DNA of 64,000 bases, from positions 10,107 to 74,106 of the forward strand of contig VFJZ01000035.1 in assembly GCA_009885805.1 (NCBI GenBank), read 5' to 3'. Every line of letters starts with the position of its first letter. Position 1 is the stretch's first letter. Positions 62,525 to 64,000 of the stretch are shown in pieces. The notes below the pieces were generated by a model. That model saw only the letters and a program-made list of their open reading frames with translations, did no database searches and was not told the DNA's origin. The DNA is from Actinomycetota bacterium (lineage in GTDB: Bacteria; Actinomycetota; Thermoleophilia; Gaiellales; F1-60-MAGs149). Made by a program: the position numbers and the translations under genes.

Positions 62525-63672
62525 CAGCGACCACCCGCCAGCGCGACGACGCGCTTCGCAGCGTCGAGCATCGTCCGCTCGGGATACACGTTCGGCGGCG
62601 CCGCCTCCGACAGTAGGCGTCTGCCCTCGACATCGTTCGTGCCGTCGAGGCGCACGACGATCGGTACGGCGATCGTGAGCTGGTCGAGGGCCGCGAGGAT
62701 GCCCTTGGCAACCTCGTCGCAGCGGGTGATGCCGCCGAAGATGTTGAACAGGATGGCCTTCACCTTCGGGTCGGAGAGGATCACCTCGAGCGCGGTCACG
62801 ATCTTCGCCGCGTCGGCGCCGCCGCCGACGTCCAGGAAGTTCGCGGGCGAGCCGCCGACCTGGTCGACGACGTCGAGCGTTGACATGACGAGCCCGGCGC
62901 CGTTGCCGAGGATGCCGACCGTGCCGTCCAGCTTCACGTAGGTGACGTCGCGCTCGCGCGCCATCCGCTCCTGCGGATCCTCCGCAGCGGCGTCCCGCAT
63001 CGCCTCGACGTCGGCGTGGCGGTAGAGCGCGTTGCCGTCGATCGTGACCTTGGCGTCGGCCGCGATCGCCGCGCCCTCCGCGGTGATGATCAGCGGGTTG
63101 ACCTCGAGCAGCATGGCGTCCATCTCGCGGAACATCGTGTCGCACCTCGCGATGATCTCGCCGACCCCCACGTGCTCGGGCTTCGGGACGCCGGCCGCGA
63201 ACAGCAGACGGCGGACGAAGAACGGCTTCAGGCCGATCGCCGGGTCGAGATGCAGCCGGGCGAGCGCCTCGGGATGGTCGACCGCGACGGCCTCGATGTC
63301 CATCCCACCCATCGTCGACAACATGAAGAGCGGCGCCTTGGCGCCCCGGTCGAACGTGATCGAGAAGTAGTACTCCTTCGCGATCGAGACGGCCTTCTCC
63401 ACCCACACGCGCCGCGTGATGTGACCCTTGATGTCGAGGCCGAGGATCCCGGCCGCCTTCGCCTCCGCGTCCGCGGGCGAGTCTGCCACCTTGACGCCGC
63501 CAGCCTTGCCGCGGCCGCCGGTCAGGACCTGCGCCTTGACGACGACGCGTCCGCCGCCGAGCTCCTCGGCCGCTGCGCGCGCCTCGGCGGGCGTGAACGC
63601 GACGCGCCCCTCGGTTGTCGCGATACCGAAGCGCGCGAACAGTTCCTTGCCCTGATGCTCGTAGAGATCCAC
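62524..63672 (-). CDS. sucC: Succinate--CoA ligase subunit beta
   Basis: [46 protein letters not shown]. Confidence 0.95.
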   Translation of the reverse strand: MDLYEHQGKELFARFGIATTEGRVAFTPAEARAAAEELGGGRVVVKAQVLTGGRGKAGGVKVADSPADAEAKAAGILGLDIKGHITRRVWVEKAVSIAKEYYFSITFDRGAKAPLFMLSTMGGMDIEAVAVDHPEALARLHLDPAIGLKPFFVRRLLFAAGVPKPEHVGVGEIIARCDTMFREMDAMLLEVNPLIITAEGAAIAADAKVTIDGNALYRHADVEAMRDAAAEDPQERMARERDVTYVKLDGTVGILGNGAGLVMSTLDVVDQVGGSPANFLDVGGGADAAKIVTALEVILSDPKVKAILFNIFGGITRCDEVAKGILAALDQLTIAVPIVVRLDGTNDVEGRRLLSEAAPPNVYPERTMLDAAKRVVALAGGR

Positions 63673-63681
63673 CGGCGGATC

Positions 63682-64000
63682 TTAGGGCGTCGAGGTCGCC
63701 GCGACGCGCGGTCGCCGCGCCGTCAGGTACGACCCGGCCGCGATCAGCAGGAGGCCGGCGGCGATCCCGTCGCCGATCGGCTCGTCGAGCAGGACGGCGC
63801 CGTAGATGACGGCGAAGCCGGGGATCAGGTAGGCGACGACCGACGTCCGCCCGGGTCCGATCCGCATCATCACCGCGTAGTAGAGAGCGAAGGCGAGTCC
63901 GGTGGAGACGACGCCGAGGGCCACGACGGCGCCCAGTTCGGGCACTGTCGGACGGGACAGGTTGGCGAGACCGGGAACCGCCGTCGCGAGCGAGGCCGCA
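63682..64000 (-). CDS. EamA/DMT family transporter, C-terminal part; 5' end outside the window
   Basis: Frame stays open to the window edge; [45 protein letters not shown] is a typical second EamA domain. Confidence 0.7.
   Translation of the reverse strand, partial: AASLATAVPGLANLSRPTVPELGAVVALGVVSTGLAFALYYAVMMRIGPGRTSVVAYLIPGFAVIYGAVLLDEPIGDGIAAGLLLIAAGSYLTARRPRVAATSTP

Noticed and set aside
1-64000. CRISPR arrays, transposases, integrases, prophage genes, toxin-antitoxin pairs and known defence systems.
   Set aside because: None was found on reading both strands. The only dispersed repeats are the REP-like hairpins, and the only tandem repeats are the 8-bp duplication at 13798 and the Pro-linker simple repeats.

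Overview
All calls below rest on motif recognition by eye, reading-frame logic and synteny; no database search was run.

**Overall content.** This is a very GC-rich (roughly 70%), gene-dense chromosomal segment. It looks Actinomycetota-like, possibly Thermoleophilia or Rubrobacteria, judged from a BfrB-type ferritin, the ffs-dnaX-ybaB-recR-ask-asd block and general gene style. I support about 65 protein genes, 4 tRNAs (Ser-GCT, Ser-CGA, Ser-GGA, Val-CAC) and 1 large SRP RNA. I also support a small family of REP-like palindromic hairpins, one clear pseudogene (a GST relic) and two genes with frame anomalies.

**Housekeeping content**
- A peptide/nickel-type ABC importer followed by a creatininase-family gene.
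- An HD-GYP membrane protein.
- A heterodimeric ABC exporter translationally coupled to ferritin.
- modABC and msrB.
- A type-E-like succinate dehydrogenase (sdhA, sdhB and an HdrB-like CCG subunit) plus a coupled cupin gene.
- icd, sucCD and pabB-pabC-pabA.
- A PotABCD-like importer sitting in a long operon with agmatinase, a glycerophosphodiesterase and a 795-aa Ig/FN3-repeat secreted protein.

**No mobile or defence elements.** I found no CRISPR array, transposase, integrase or recognisable known defence system.

**Most unusual items**
1. A 767-aa protein fuses an unknown N-terminal domain and a long coiled coil to a complete beta-CASP metallo-beta-lactamase nuclease. It is divergent from an EcsC-like gene and lies beside a thermonuclease and a metallophosphoesterase.
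2. The first FN3-like repeat of a secreted protein carries a compensated double frameshift that starts at an 8-bp tandem duplication.
3. A Bacillus-type large SRP RNA sits upstream of dnaX.
4. A 29-nt palindromic repeat occurs at three loci, and one copy supplies the C-terminal codons of pabA.

**Rejected ORFs.** Many long ORFs in the supplied track are Arg/Pro/Gly-rich shadow frames of real genes and were rejected.
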